Positions 40,594-55,036 of a stretch of DNA of 64,000 nt are shown piece after piece. Made by a program: the position numbers and the translations under genes. Under the pieces are notes generated by a model. That model was given only the letters and a program-made list of their open reading frames with translations, was not told the DNA's origin and did no database searches. Origin of the DNA: Eledone cirrhosa. Taxonomy: Eukaryota. The stretch's first letter is position 1; each line of letters starts with the position of its first letter. Location of the stretch: positions 179,800,001-179,864,000 of the forward strand of contig OZ024742.1 of assembly GCA_964016885.1 (NCBI GenBank). The letters run 5' to 3'.

Positions 40594-41796
40594 CTTTTTT
40601 CAAATAACACATCTCGCACAGATAATATGAGCTCTTCTATTTATTGCTTTGTTGTAATATTACAAGTAGTGAAACACCCATCAGTAATTTTTTATTGCTG
40701 GTTTTCAGTGGAGCCTAGATATTTTCTATTGGGGTGGGTAGGTCTCCCAGGAATTTTGCTCCATTTAATTGACATGAATTTCTATTGTTCAAAGAAATCA
40801 TACACTTGAAGTAGCAGAATATTGGTGTTCATATCATCCAGTATTAATAAATACTTTTCAATATTGTTTTAGCTAATTAGTGCAGTATCATCTTTGTAAT
40901 GAGTATTTAATTAAACATTTTGTTAAAAATCTCTACTGATACAATTCATGTATGAATACTGATTATTTCTGAAAATGACTGTCTTTTGTTAGAGCCAGTA
41001 GAACAGTGACAAAGTTAGTGTAATATCAAATGTATAATAACAATTTATTTGAACTTTTATGTTAATAGCCAATATTGATACATTTTATGTATGAATAATG
41101 ATTGTTTCTGAAAATGGTTGTGCACTGTCAATCAATAGAATAACAGAGGCAAATTTAATGTACTATTAAATGTATAATGAATATTTATTTAAACATTTTA
41201 TGCAAGAGAGACGGAATTCTTTCCTCTATTTAGTGACTCATGTCCATAGTTTAAAATTTGTATCCTACGAAAGTTGACTTTGTATTTTGCCTTTTTGGAG
41301 ATGAAATATTAACCCTTTCATTACCACATTTCTAATGAAAAGATACTGCCAATTTGAAAATAATCATGAATATGGAGAGATTTAGTAATATAACAAACTT
41401 ACTTGTTATTAAGCTGGTGTTTGGAAAATAATTTAACAAAGGTTCTTAAAGAAAATTATGCTGAAAGATTTTTAGATAAATATAAGTAGTTTAAGATAAA
41501 CAGCTTAGTATTGTAGAACCAAGGGCAGTTTCAGATTATTTGGTATCAAAAGGGAGGGTTAGTTTAATCGACTGTTCTCTTCTCCAATGTCTGTGACCTT
41601 GCTTCTGTGTATTGGAGAAATCAATATAGATTATTTCTAAAGCTTTCAATACATTTTAAAAGAATTCAACAGTTCATTTTGTATGTTGTTAGAGTGAGCT
41701 ATGTTAATTACATAAGTTCACTCTATAAAACTACGGCCATCATTCACAATTAAGTATGACTTAGTAGTATGTACCATGCTTTCACTAAGGGGTTTA

Positions 41797-41986
41797 CAGA
41801 CCTGCCAACCTCTAAAAACCCAAACAGGGTGTACCATGAAAATAGTGTACCGAAACGGGGAGAAATGAGGCAAAATGGGGTGATTTTACATAATGAAAGC
41901 TATACCCATTTTTACAAGAGAAGGCATCTCTGACCAACCGCAAAGTGGGTGGGAGATCTCTCCCACAGTGAGAGTTGACAGGTCTA
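41797..41986. mobile_element. About 185-bp MITE-like element (second copy inverted at 48796-48975)
   Basis: TIRs cagacctgccaac / gttgacaggtct. Internal similarity between the two copies. No clear TSD. Confidence 0.7.
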
Positions 41987-43756
41987 AAACTTTTAGGTAG
42001 TCCTGTAGTTGTGAACAGACACATACATCCTTCTCTGCTCTCCTACCATTGGCCCAGTCATCACAAATGAGACAGCTGGAAGATGAGAGAGCTACACCAG
42101 CATTAAGTTAGTATTGTTTTTTTTTTACATTGAGAAGGTAAAAGGTACAGTGGATTTGGTGGCATTTGAAGGTAAAGCACAGAGAGTATGAACAAATATC
42201 ACAATGCATTTTATCTGATGCTCCACTGCTTTGGCTCTCAATATATTGTTTCTGTCATTAGAATTCAGTTTCTCTTGCTGACTTTGTACAACTTCAGATT
42301 TCTGACATCAAAGGAAAAGAAATCTTTATCTGTACTTTGTAAGGAAAAAATATTCCTGCTGAAAGGTTTCTTTAATGTTTTCTCATTCATTTATTCATTC
42401 AGTAATTCGTTCTTCCACTCACTCATTCAATCATTTGTGTACACACCCATGTCTTTATGTATATATTTATCCATTTCTTCATTTTATCTTTGAATTTCCC
42501 CATTATCGGTCAAAATAAAACCAGTAACCGTTCGTCTATGACAAAGCAGATCAGACATTGAGACATTGGTTTTAAAACTTGGAATCTTTGACATATTTTA
42601 TGTTTGTTTGACTTTTGTTGTTGTTTTTTGTTACTTTATTTTCCTTTTTTTTTTTTTCGCTGCACTTGAACAGACAAATCAATACTCTATTTAGAGATAT
42701 CGCTAAAGAATGAGAAGCAAAAGCAGGCTAGAGGAATAGATATTGGTTCAAAACGGAACAATAATATTTCTACAACAACAATTTCACAGCCTCTTTTATT
42801 TTATTTCATTTTTTTCTTTTTTCCTCTTTCAATTCAATCTATCATCAAGTGTATTGAACATTGGTGGGGAAGTCAGTTATTGCACGGTGCTAAGATTTAG
42901 GAGTGATTAAATGAATTGTAGGGAACTTCAGTTCTTCTTGATAACAAAGAGGATCTCTTTACACAACAGAACAACAGAATAACACATCTGTCATATAATG
43001 TGAGAATATTAAATAATACAGAAGTATGGACAATAAATAAGAAGGGCCTTTAAAATCTCTTGAGAACTACTAAATGTGGGATACACAGGACATATAATGA
43101 GAATTTCAGGAGTGGCATTATTATATATTTACACAGACGTTTTGGTTCTAGTACACTGTAACCAGAATGTATCCATACCTTTAAAAGTAAGGAATACTGG
43201 TGAAAGATTCCAATAAAATCAACAATCTAGTGAAAAACAGATCTGATGTAGTTCTGTAGAACCATTTTAATTTGATTGTTTGTAAATCGAATGTGTGGTG
43301 TTGTTGATTAGGTTGATCAGTTGTTCATTGTAGTGTGGCAAACTTGTGTGTGGGTGTGTGTGTGTCAAGTGAGTCCAGATGTATGGTTACCATAGCCAGT
43401 AGTGAAAGAATAATAACAAAGGATGCTATTCTAATAATTTTATTAAGTAATAACTTGCTTCAAAATTATTTCGATAACTTAGGAAAAACAACAAAGAGTC
43501 ACTGTAAAATTGTGTATTGTGCTTGTGTGATGATTTGGGGTAGATGCCTGTAGTAGCAGTCTTAAAAGTTATATGTAACTAATCTTAACCAAATTTGCAA
43601 GTATGAAAATAACAACATTGTTAGAATAGCTTACAAATCTGACAAGGGGTATGAAATATAAACTGAAACAAACCTCTCTTTAATGAACACTGGAAAATCC
43701 TAATCAATATTGCAGCAAAATGATTAAAAAAAATAGTCCAGTTCACTAAGAAGATT

Positions 43757-44023
43757 CATCATTTCATTTCATTTTACGTCCACTTTTCCCTGCTAGCAAT
43801 GGTGGGACGGGAACTGATTCTGGCTTGATTTCTACAGCTGGATGCCCTTCCTAACACCAACCTCATTTACAGTGAGTGCTGGGTGCTTTTTTGCCGTGGC
43901 CCCTCCACAACCACTTTGCAGTGGAATGATATGGACCCCAGTGCCAATAACAGTGTCTGAGAATTGAACTCACAACCTTTCGATTGCAAGGCCAATGCTC
44001 TAACCACTAAGTCATGTGCCTCC
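43757..44023 (-). mobile_element. SINE family 2 copy (internally deleted)
   Basis: Reverse complement of the head and tail of 33368-33712. Confidence 0.85.
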
Positions 44024-44029
44024 ACATGG

Positions 44030-44520
44030 ATATTTGAAATGAAAAGCTCAGACCAGTGAGAAGATTTAAGCACATCGAACACCTGGCATGGAGTGCCAAC
44101 GAATTCATAACTTTCTACCGTGAAAGCTGGCCCCATGTAATCCAGGAGCAAGAAATCCTCAAGAGGTACCAACTACACAAAAGAGGAAAGTCATCAACTG
44201 ACAATAAATGTAGGCTTTGCAACGCAAAGACCAAAGGTGTTAGAACATCCTGTTTCCAGTAGTGAAAGAATGTCTCTTCCTTCCTACCTTCCCATGAGAT
44301 ATGATGAGGTAGCCAGAACAATCTAGAATACACTGAAGAAGACAATAACAATATAGAGATGAACATATTGAGACTGGTGACTCAAAGAAATGCTGGTGGA
44401 ACCTAAAAATATAAACAGCCATCAATCTATAATACAACCAGCCCACTTTCACTGTTTTAGATCACAAAATAAAAACATGCTTTGTTACAGACATCAGCTA
44501 TCCATTTCGTATCAATGTTT
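44030..44520 (+). pseudogene. Degraded R4/Dong-like non-LTR retrotransposon fragment (zinc knuckle + RLE)
   Basis: IQEQEI..RY...KCRLC, then WWNLKI*TAI..YNQP...DHKIKTCFVTDISYP..IN. Confidence 0.6.
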
Positions 44521-45159
44521 ATATAATGTTTATGTGTTACATCTAGGCTGGTTCCAATAGAGTAACCTCTACCTCATAAAGCATTGCTTCTACATCACAT
44601 TATTTGTCTAGTCGGAATATATTTGGATTCTTTCATGAGCATGTGTCTGCTGTCTTGTTAGTGTGTGTTTGAAATATTGTGTTTTACATGTTCATGTTGC
44701 AACTGTAGATAATGTTATTGGTTGTGTCTGTTAAATAGTTTTCAGGAAGGAAGTGTGGGCCTATTAGAGTTAGGAACTCATGTGCAATAATAGATTTTAC
44801 ATTGAGTGAAAAAGAGTGTGGGAAACATGATATTATGGCACTGGTTTATCATTTCTGGTAGTGAAGTGAGATGACTAGGTAATTTTCTCTTTGAATTAAC
44901 TATCTAGTAGTTTTTTTGTAGCAGGGGCTGCATTATCAAATAGTTTCTTATTGGAATACAAACCAGACATCCTTCTGTCAATCTAGGTGAAGCTCTTAAT
45001 GCGTTTATTACCATATTTCTAATGAAATACATAATATTAGAATTAGTTATAGAAGAATTAAGAGGGATTTACTAAAGTTATTACTGATTTCATAATTAAG
45101 ATAGCTTATGTAATATAACTTACCAAATGTAAAATGATGTTGGATGGTTTTAATTTAAA

Positions 45160-46170
45160 CTAGACCACCCGTGACCCGTAGGGTCACGTTCCCTTCAAAA
45201 TATTTCTTAAAAATCATGCTTAATTTTTAAATAATTAAAATATTCACAGACATGTATATAATGTGAAATGAAACTGGAAGGCCTATATATATATACATGT
45301 GTGTATGAATATATATATATACACACACACTCACATATATATATATATATATATACACAACACCACCACCAGCTCTCGTTATCTTCTATTCTCCTCTGTC
45401 TCCTCTCCCTATGTTCTCTCTCTCACTCTGTTTATGAAGGTACCCAGAAAACCCCATATCTCAGGAACCCGTCCTCCGATTTACGCAAACTTGTTTTATT
45501 CCATTTGTATTCCCATTTCAGGGTCAACTTCCTTTCAAAGTATTTTCCCATTATGCGCCCTTTTGGCTGTATTACATTACAGACAAGCAAGCAAGCAATT
45601 GCAGAGTTTTAGTAATATACTAGACCACCTGTGACCTGTTGGGTCACGTTCATTTCAAAATATTTTTTAAAAATCATGTTCATTAAAAATAATTTTTAAA
45701 TAATTAAAATATACACAGACATGTATATAATGTGAAATGAAACTGAAAGGCCCATATATATATATATGTGTGTATGTATGTATATAAATGTATGTGTTTG
45801 TATACATATATATATATATATATATATATAGGTGTGTATATATATATATATATGTGGGTGTCTGTGATCTATATACACTGGTCATAGACACACACACACA
45901 CTCACATATATATATATATACACAACACCACCAGCTCTCTCTCTTACATTCTCCTTCTCCTCTCCCTCTCTCTATGTCTCTCTCTCTTTGTTTATGAAAA
46001 AACCCATATATCGGGAACCTGTGGTCCGATTTATGCGAAACTTGTTTTATTTCATTTGTATTCTCATCTCAGGGTCAACTTCCTTTCAAAGTATTTTCCC
46101 ATTATGCGCCCTTTTGGCTGTATTACATTACAGACAAGCAAGCAATCACAGACTTTTAGTAATATATAGA
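45160..46170 (-). mobile_element. Head-to-tail dimer of a non-autonomous Helitron (45160-45619, 45620-46170)
   Basis: Each unit ends (minus strand) with hairpin cgtgaccc-nnn-(g/a)ggtcac(g/a) plus CTAG. Outer start TCTATATATTACTAAAA. A|T insertion context. Confidence 0.88.
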
Positions 46171-46324
46171 TAGATAGAAACCCTTTAAAATGGGTGGTTT
46201 TAGAAAAAAGGTGGTTTGGAGTAGGTTAGCATCAGAAGATTTAAACATAATGGATGCGTCATGATCCTTTGTTAATATAACAAAGGTTTTTTCTTTGGTT
46301 TACCGAAATCTGAAATCCTAGATC

Positions 46325-46515
46325 TAATAAATGTTTCTATTTTTGGCACAAGGCCAGCAATTATCCCAGTGCATTACTGGTACTTTATTTTATCGACCCC
46401 GTAAGGACGAGAGGCAATGTGAACCTCGGCGGGATTTGAGTTCCAACCATAAAGGGGCGCAACTCTATGCTGCAAAGCATGGTGTCCGACCCTCTACCGA
46501 AACTGCCAATCCACC
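46325..46515 (-). mobile_element. SINE family 1
   Basis: Similar to 1075-1253. Confidence 0.85.
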
Positions 46516-46834
46516 TAATAATGAAGAATGAATTCCATAATTACCCCAATGAAGAATAGATTCCACAATTACGCTAATGACAAAATAAGTATTTAAAACC
46601 CAGTCAAGCATTAATTTTCTCAGACAAAATTAGAAATCTATCTGAAATAAATACAACACTACACTAAGCATTACTAAACAATAACATCACATGCAGCTGA
46701 CCTTTCTCGTTTCTTTTCACACTCAGACTCCAATAAGCAATAATACAGAATCCAATCAACTATTTCATCTGTCTTAAATCATGATTCACATTAATTTCAA
46801 TGAGGAATCTTTTGGCAATATTTATTTCAATCAA

Positions 46835-47019
46835 AGGCGGTGGATTGGCAGTATCGGTAGAGGGTCGGACGCCATGCTTTCCAGCATAGTTACGTCCCTT
46901 TACGATCTGAGTTCAAATCCCGCCGAGGTTGACTTTGCCTTTCATCCTTACGGGGTCGATAAAATATAGTACCAGTAATGAACTGGGTAATTGCTGGCCT
47001 TGTGCCTAAAGTAGAAACA
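46835..47019 (+). mobile_element. Full-length SINE family 1 with 18-bp TSD
   Basis: A-box TGGCAGTATCGG, B-box GAGTTCAAATCC. TSD aatatttatttcaatcaa at 46817-46834 and 47020-47037. Confidence 0.93.
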
Positions 47020-47487
47020 AATATTTATTTCAATCAATTTAAAAACACATACGTTATCTATGTCTATCTTTACTGCTGCTAATTATCTGCTTACTCTTTT
47101 ACCTGTTTCAGCCATCCGGCTGAGGCCATGCTGGGGCACCGCCCTTGTAAACATTCTGACATTATGAAGATGAATACATCAACGTACCTTTTTCATAACA
47201 CTTTCAATAACACATTTTCAATTGATTTTGTAAAACAGGAAAAAGATGTGTGTACATTTCCAAACACATTTAGATAAACCTTGCCTTGATTTGTCTTGTA
47301 TATGAACATCTTTACACCCAGTGCTTGAATTGTATTCTATTTAACCTATATTCAAAAACCGTGGGCAGTCTACGTGCCTGTTGAATTATTCTGCCAATAA
47401 CAGTGGAAAATGTCTATTTTTGTTAATATATATGAAGTAAAAGAAACAAATATATGGAATAAAAAGAAAAGTAAATTTATATATAAT

Positions 47488-48637
47488 GTAAGTAGACGAG
47501 AAAACAGAACCCAGATCCCCTCAGGGAAATGGCCTTGCTCAGTATGTAGGAAAGGTGTAGGTAGGAACTCCATTCTCTGCCCCAAATACAAACAATGGGT
47601 ACACAAGAGATGTAGCGGGATCTCAGGAAGCTTAATTAAGAATGTAGGCTTCACATGCAGCAGCTGTGCTGGGACAGCAAGCAGCAAACAGCCACAGGAA
47701 ACAAGTACCACCAATCTCTGTGAGGGCTCGGTCGAAACAGTAGACAGCTTCTGCTACCTAGATGACCGAATTAGCAGCGGAGATGGGTGTTCAGAAAGTA
47801 CAATAACTAGGGTAAGAACGGGTTGGAAGAAGTTCAGGGAACTACTGCCAGTGCTAGCTGCAAAACGCTTCTCCCTCAAAATGAAAGGCAGACTGTATGA
47901 TGCGTGTATCCGAACAGCAATGTTACATGGTAGTGAGACCTGGGCGCTGAAGGTGGAAGACTTACGTAGATTAGAAAGAAACGAAGCCTGTATGCTCCGA
48001 TGGATGTGTAATAGTAATATACGCGAACGACAAAGCATAAATGAATTGAGAGAGAGACTGAGCATAAGAGGAATCAAATGCTGTGTGCAGGAGAGGCGGT
48101 TGCGTTGGTATGGACATGTGATGCGTATGAAGGATGACAGCTGCATAAAAAGGTGCAGAGCACTAGAAGTCAATGGAAACCGCGGAGTGGGGAGACCCAA
48201 GAAGACCTGGGATGAGGTGATAAAAGCCGACCTTACCCAATTACACCTCTCAAAGGGGATGACACACGACCGTGACCTCTGGCGTCATGCAGTAATACAG
48301 AGTACCCGACCTCCCATGGGTACAAGCTGAAGCATATAGACAATATGCCCCCACACCCTCCCACTGCAAGGTGGTCGTGGAGGTGCCACGGCAAAAAAGC
48401 ACCCAGCCCACACTGTAAAGTGGACGTGTAGGCGCCACGAAAAAGCACCCAGCACTCACTGTAAATGAGGTTGGTGTTAGGAAGGGCATCCAACTGTAGA
48501 AATCAAGCCAAATCAGTTCCTGTATGAGCAAGGCATGGTCAGCCGACCAGACACTGCCCACAACAGGACAAACCGTCTAACCCATGCTAGCATGGAAGAA
48601 CAGACGTAAAACGGTGATGATGATGATGATGATGATG
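47488..48637 (+). mobile_element. 5'-truncated RTE LINE (subfamily A)
   Basis: PHD finger, [24 protein letters not shown], 3' UTR and (GAT)n tail. Confidence 0.93.
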
Positions 48638-51310
48638 TTTTATCTTTACGAACAAATCTTATAATTTCCTACAATACGTTTTAAAATGTGTAGTGCAAAA
48701 AAAAAAAAATAGTAAAATAGAAATGAAAGATTAACATATATTAGCTATTGTAACTGATACTGCAAATGTCGTGGTAGAATTAAGAAAGGTGCCAACAGAC
48801 CTGTCAACTATACCTGTCCGTCGGGGAGATCTCCCACCCATTTTGGGGTGGATGAGAGATGTCTTCTCATGCGAAAATAGGTATAGCTTTCACTATGTAA
48901 AATTCCCCCATTTTGCCTTTCTCCCCGTTTTTTCATGGTACTCTCCGTTTGGATTTTTAGAGGTTGGCAAGTATGTACCTATCAGGAATTAAAAGATGTC
49001 CCACCCACACTTCTGTTTATATATGCATATGTCAGTGTGTGTGTGATGCATTTGACAATATCCAATACTTCTGTTGAATGTCTCCCAAGAAACTTAGAAT
49101 TTTTAGTAGTAGACAATTATAAGCGGATTTTCCTTCTATTCAACCAGATAAACAGCCTATAACCAGTTTTACCTTGCTATTAACGATAAAGAACCATTGA
49201 AAGTTTAAAGTAGTTGTGCAATTAGATGGTTATCAATTGAAGCTGCAGTGGATCAAAATTTGAATAAGTGTATTGAATTACAAACTGACTTTAAACTTAT
49301 GGATACATTACTGTTCAGTCGATATATGGGATGTGATTATAAGAAAATGTTTTATTTCTTTTTACTCTTGCATCCAATTTTCAAGCATGTTTTAACGAAC
49401 CTATTCAATCAAACAGAATAAGTAAAACCGTGTTAGTTACGAATCTTTTCCATTTGATCAAATCTATAGCAAATATCTTAGTTCTACCAAAAAGCAGAGC
49501 AGATTCTCTTGATCCTATAATTATAATACTGAAGAATGTTTTATAGTCTAACCCTAATATTTGCTACAGGTTTGTGAAAGAAAAAAATAGTAGAACTGAT
49601 AATCAAGAAGATACCAGCAGTCCAGGGAATATTATTAGAGAGAGATCTGAAAAGTTTTTAGCTTAACTTTGCACATTAAACAGCGATTACCGGAAATATT
49701 AAATGCCTTTCTTTAGAAAAGTGTTTTCAGACATAAAATAGCTAATTATTTCTCTCTTGTAATTAATAACTTTAAGTAATAAAGAGATAGGTAAACAACT
49801 AAAATTGTGTAACAGTGTTAATACTGGAAAATGTTTGACAGAAATAAATCTTTTATTACAAAGATGCTAGTGAAGGAAATACTTTTAGAGATGTTGCAGC
49901 ATTCACTCTTAATATCGTAATATTACCTAATTAAAATGATGAGGCAATGGAAAGGAAAGAACCTCATTTAGTTCTAATCATGAATGTTCTAGTTGTCCGG
50001 TCAACGGAGCAGTCTTCTTGTGAAATTAATATGCAGGCGGCTGAGCCTTCCACAAATGTGTGTCAAAAGTAAAAAAAAAAAAACGTTTGAGAAATAAAAT
50101 GTAACTTTCAAAGTTTGGAACTGTTCTCTCATTAAAAATATAGCTTGAAGCAAGTCTATAGATGCTGCAAAGATTATTGTTTGCCTGCAGTAATGCTAAA
50201 TATAACTGGAATAATGGATCTATATCTAATTCAGAGAAACAAAGTAGCAGTTTTAGAAACAATGAAAGATTCAACAATTTAGAAGATTTGTTAGATTATA
50301 TTAGTAAAGATTAAATTTCTATAATTCATTTTCAATAAAGTAACATTCTTGTAGTAGTCTAGCATAAAACTATAATTTTAATTTTCATTCCAAACTTAGC
50401 CAGTAGCAATTTCAACACAACAGTGACTTAAAGAATCATTTTTATGAATGTTTTTCTGTTCCACTGTATTCATGTAAAGTGATTGTGGAGGTGCTATGAA
50501 GAACCACACTAAACACACCCTGTAAGGTGGCTGACATTAGGAAAGTCATCCAGTCATAGAAACCATGCCAAAGATGGAACATGAGTAAGTCAGTACTTGG
50601 AATGTGATAACCTGTCCAACTCATACCATTGTGGGAAGGAGACATAAATGGTGAAGATGAGAACGAAATCAGTCTCTTTGCAGTTTATTCTGTTTTGACA
50701 GTAAATTGTGGTTCACTCTCATATAAATTTCACATCAGGACTATATATATATAATTAGTTACAGCAGCGACATGTACAAGTACTTAAATTTCGTTGGGTT
50801 GTTTACTCCAATCCATCCAGCTTGTCACACATAGAAAAATGGCTTCCAGTGTATGTAGTGTATATTCATTTAACACATAGTTAATGTGTAGTGTGTATAT
50901 TGATATACGCAAATATATATGCACATAGATATAATACGTAAATTGACAATATGCACATAAACTGAACAAAGACTTTGTTACACTTACTTCTGTAATCAGT
51001 GAAGTAATCCATGATACATTTAAAATAAAGGCGATAATGGAGATGGAAAAGCGATGAAACTGTTGACGGAAAATGTTACTGAATCTTCACTTGAGAATGT
51101 CGATGGGAAGCTTCAAGGAGTGAATTTAAAAATAGATGCTGGTATGAATGAATGAATTACATTTAGCAATATAAAGAGTTAACCTTCGCTATATTGTTGT
51201 TTTACAGTATTCACATATAGACTTCTTAGGTTTTTGTAGTGTCTCTTTTCTATCAGTTAAAAAGTTACTGAAATGCATTTCAACTAAAAGAGAGTTATAG
51301 CTGTTTCACA

Positions 51311-53530
51311 TCACTGTAGAATTTCTTTGTAGACACAGTTGTCAGCAAACAGACCCCTTTCATTTAATATTTTTATATTTTCTTTTTTTGTAACTCATGA
51401 TAATGCAACATACATCTGACCATGTGAGAAGAATTGTGTTGATAGATATACACCTATCTTTTCAAATGTCTGCCCTTGTGCCTTGTTGCATGTAAGAGCA
51501 AAGGCTGGTTTGACAGGAAATTGCTTGCGAGTAAAGGTGAAAGGGAACTCAAGCTCTTGAGATACATGTGGTATCCTTGGGATTAGCAACTTTGTTCCAG
51601 CATTGGGACCCAATGCCACTTCAGCTTCAGTTACATGATTATGTAAACTGATGATGATGATGTAGCGTGTACCATTGCAATGCCCATTTAGAGGATCCAG
51701 ATTTCTCAAAAGCATGATGCAACTGCCTTTCTTCAGTTTAAGTATATGTGTTGGGAAGCCTGATGGGGTAAGTTTGTTGATGAACTCAATTGGATATTGC
51801 AGTGGATTGACAGTATCGGTAGAGGGTCGGACGCCATGCTTTCCAGCATAGTTACGTCCCTTTACAATCTGAGTTCAAATCCCGCCGAGGTTGACTTTGC
51901 CTTTCATCCTTACGGGGTCGATAAAATAAAGTACCAGTAATGCACTGGGTAATTGCTGGCCTTGTGCCTAAAGTAGAAACAATTATCTACTGTATCAGAG
52001 CTTCTGTAGATTATTTCATGACTAGGGAACTTGTTGACCATGAACTCATTCACTAATCTTCCTGCATCATTTGTTGGAGTGATAATGGCTCTATTTGAAA
52101 GCCATATTGGGTTTGTGTAGTTTCCTGGAAGTGTAGTTTCTCCATCTTCATCTAACAGACCAAGTTTCCTGCATGCTTCTTGGAATGTTGGAAATTCAAG
52201 TCCTTTAATTGTCCCCAAATCTTTGTATGAAGCTAACCTAACCTTGTGATGTAGGATCATTCTGAGGTAATATAATTCAGATTTATGTCTACTGAGAGAT
52301 ACTGTTGCAATGCGTCCAAGAGATTCACTCATAAATTGTTGATCACCATCCAGATGTCCCTTTTTTCTTCTTTGCCACTTTTTGTTTGTCCAAGTGAAAT
52401 ATTTAGGAATATCAATAGACAATATGTTTTGTGCCAGTGGGTCTCTAATATTCAGTTGAATATATTCCGTCAACTTAGTCATTGACTGTCCCCTAGAAAG
52501 AATACTTTCTTCCAGCCCTCGCTCATACACGAACATTTGTTCCCCAGGTAAATGGCAAGGCAACTTTTCAACTGGCGGTTTTCGATGATGTAATGGAAAT
52601 TTATAGATTCTCCAGAATGCTTCACTGGCTGAGTTGTACCATGCATTGATATAAGTCTCAATCGCATTTTGGGCATGAATACAATTTCCTTGATCATCCT
52701 CAATAGTGAAAGTGATCTTGTCTGATCCTTTTGTGATGTACTTATATTAGTATTTAACAGCCTTGACACTGTGGACAACCTCACAATTAATGTGGCACTG
52801 ATATCTCAATGAGAGGAAAGGGTTGTATGGAACAACCCAACGATTATCAACACTAAATTCTTGATCTTTAAGTTGGATTGTATGGGTGTGACCACCATGC
52901 TGTCTATCCCTTCTTCTATACTCCGGAAAGGAATTTTTGGCAACAAATGTGGTTTGTCTGAATGCCTTGGGATAACTTTTTGAGCAATGGCATTGTTGTC
53001 CTAGCCCTTCCATACATGAGCACATCATATTAGCTTGTCCACATGGGCCATGAATGTTGCAGGATGTGATGATCTTATGCAGAATTGGATTGGTCTCTTT
53101 ATCAGAAATCTCACAGTACACTACCTGATCAATGGCATCAGCAGTTTTGGACTTGCTATCTTCAGCCATTATCTGCAGAATATGAGCATGAGTGAGGCCT
53201 CGTTTTCTGCCACTCTATTGAAACAGAATGAGCCACAGCTTTTCCTAGGACATTTTTCTTTCAGTATGTCATCCATAAGGCTGTCATACTTGATCTTGAA
53301 GACTCTTGCACAAATATCAGGACGGTCTATTTTTTATTTCATCCCAGTTAGGGTTAGTTGTTACCGTGATGAAATAAGATGGCTTTCCCATGTGTCGAAC
53401 CACGGTCATCGAATTCTGAAAGCACACACTGTAGAAGCGAGGGGAACCATAGATTGAAGGAGGAAGAACCATTCTCCGGCCTGCACTTGTTTCAAACGTT
53501 AGACTGTGCCCATGCTGGGGTACCACGATT
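51311..53530 (-). mobile_element. Internally deleted autonomous Helitron (Rep + Pif1 helicase pseudogene)
   Basis: Rep: GSPRFY, KPSYFITVTTNPNW, HGPCG, YRRRD, DNRWVVPYNP, HINCE. Helicase C-terminus: MLLRNL, CNGTR, QFPV..AFALTCNKAQGQT, FSHGQMYVALS, NCVYKEIL*. Confidence 0.93.
51799..51985 (+). mobile_element. SINE family 1 nested in the Helitron helicase
   Basis: Interrupts DTVDN|QYPIEFINKLTPSG. Confidence 0.9.
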
Positions 53531-54028
53531 AAAGGATTTTCTTGACCTCAATTCCAGTACATATATTTTAAAATCTAGTACTTATTTTATTGATCTCTTC
53601 TATTCTCTTTGAAACGTGAGTGTGTGTCTATGTGTTCATATGTATGATGGTACCCTATCGCTTGCGACGAGGATTCTTCCAGCTAGGTTTCTCAAATGGA
53701 ACTGCCTGAAATAAGGTGAGAGTGTCTGAGCATTCCATAGACACGTATAATGGAAGGTTTCAAGGTGGGACTACATTGGTTCTTTGACTTACTGGTAGAG
53801 TACACTTTTTTTTACTTCAGTGGAGAGAAGAAAGGCGAAATAAAGTGTCTTGCTCAAGAACACAACGCACTGATGGGATTCAAACTCTCAACATTACAAT
53901 TACAAGACACACACGGACATAAACGCACACACATATGCACACACACACAGATACAGTAACACACATATGCACACCTATACATATATATATACACATAAAC
54001 ACTTATACACACTTCATAAACACACCAC

Positions 54029-54060
<32 letters not shown>

Positions 54061-54459
54061 GTGTGTGAATGAGTCTATGTACTTATGCAATGATAAAAAG
54101 AATATACACCTGTGGATTGAATCATTGGTACTGTAGTAAATTATCCTTTCTTTATTTCCACATCTTCACATACATACACACAGTCACATATACAGATAAC
54201 CACACTATCGTCTATTTTTCTATCTACCTACCTATCTATCTACGTATCGAACTATTGACCTATCTATCAACCTCCTTATGATATATTGCACCATTTATGT
54301 GATAAACTTTTGATATAATTTTCTATGACATTATATGTATCATGTATTATGTGTTGTTCTATACAGCGCTGGCCTGGGACCCCCCTACTCGTCCTTTATC
54401 CTTGTTCTGGTGACAGAGCTCGATGGAGCCTGCAACCTTTGATATATTTTTGTTTATAA

Positions 54460-54504
54460 GCTCCGATGATTCCTACCCTAGGGTATGGATGAAACACTGT
54501 TAGC
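54460..54504 (+). ncRNA. Hammerhead-like motif with U4C core change
   Basis: gct CCGATGA t-tcc-taccc-ta-gggta-t-gga-t GAAAC act GTT agc then AATAAA. Confidence 0.6.
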
Positions 54505-54549
54505 AAATAAAACAATGTATTTCTAAGCACTCTTTGGTTATTCCTAAAC

Positions 54550-54621
<72 letters not shown>

Positions 54622-54966
54622 TATATGTGAGTGTGTATATGTATTGTATATGTCTGTATATGTTTTTATATGTTTGTGTATCTATATATATGCATATGTA
54701 TATGTGTAAGTCCGTGTACATGTATGTCTGTGTATATATATATGCGTGTGTGTGTGTTTGCATGTATGTATGCATACGTATATAAATATATATATATATT
54801 CCTTTTATATGAAGGTGTGTATGCGTGTGTATATGTATGTACACATCTGTCTTTTTCTATATTGCTATATATTTTTTATTTTTTTATTTTTATCCCGTTA
54901 TTTTCCAGCCTCACTTCAAATTTTTAATAGATTTAAATTTGATTTCATATCTTTTATCCATAACAT

Positions 54967-55036
54967 CTCTATCTGACGATCGATCCAGACGTATATATTA
55001 TTATCGTCTGTGATCCAGAAACCTTTGGTAATGGAG
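54967..55036 (+). ncRNA. Hammerhead ribozyme (type I)
   Basis: ctctat CTGACGA tc-gatc-cagacg...cgtctg-t-gatc-ca GAAAC CTTTG GTA atggag. The 3' half resembles the end of the PLE at 7875-7905 (minus strand). Confidence 0.85.

Noticed and set aside
40600-43150. Very old LINE traces (YxDDTALIS near 40880 minus; WTINK..MW near 43030 plus)
   Set aside because: Too degraded to bound or classify.
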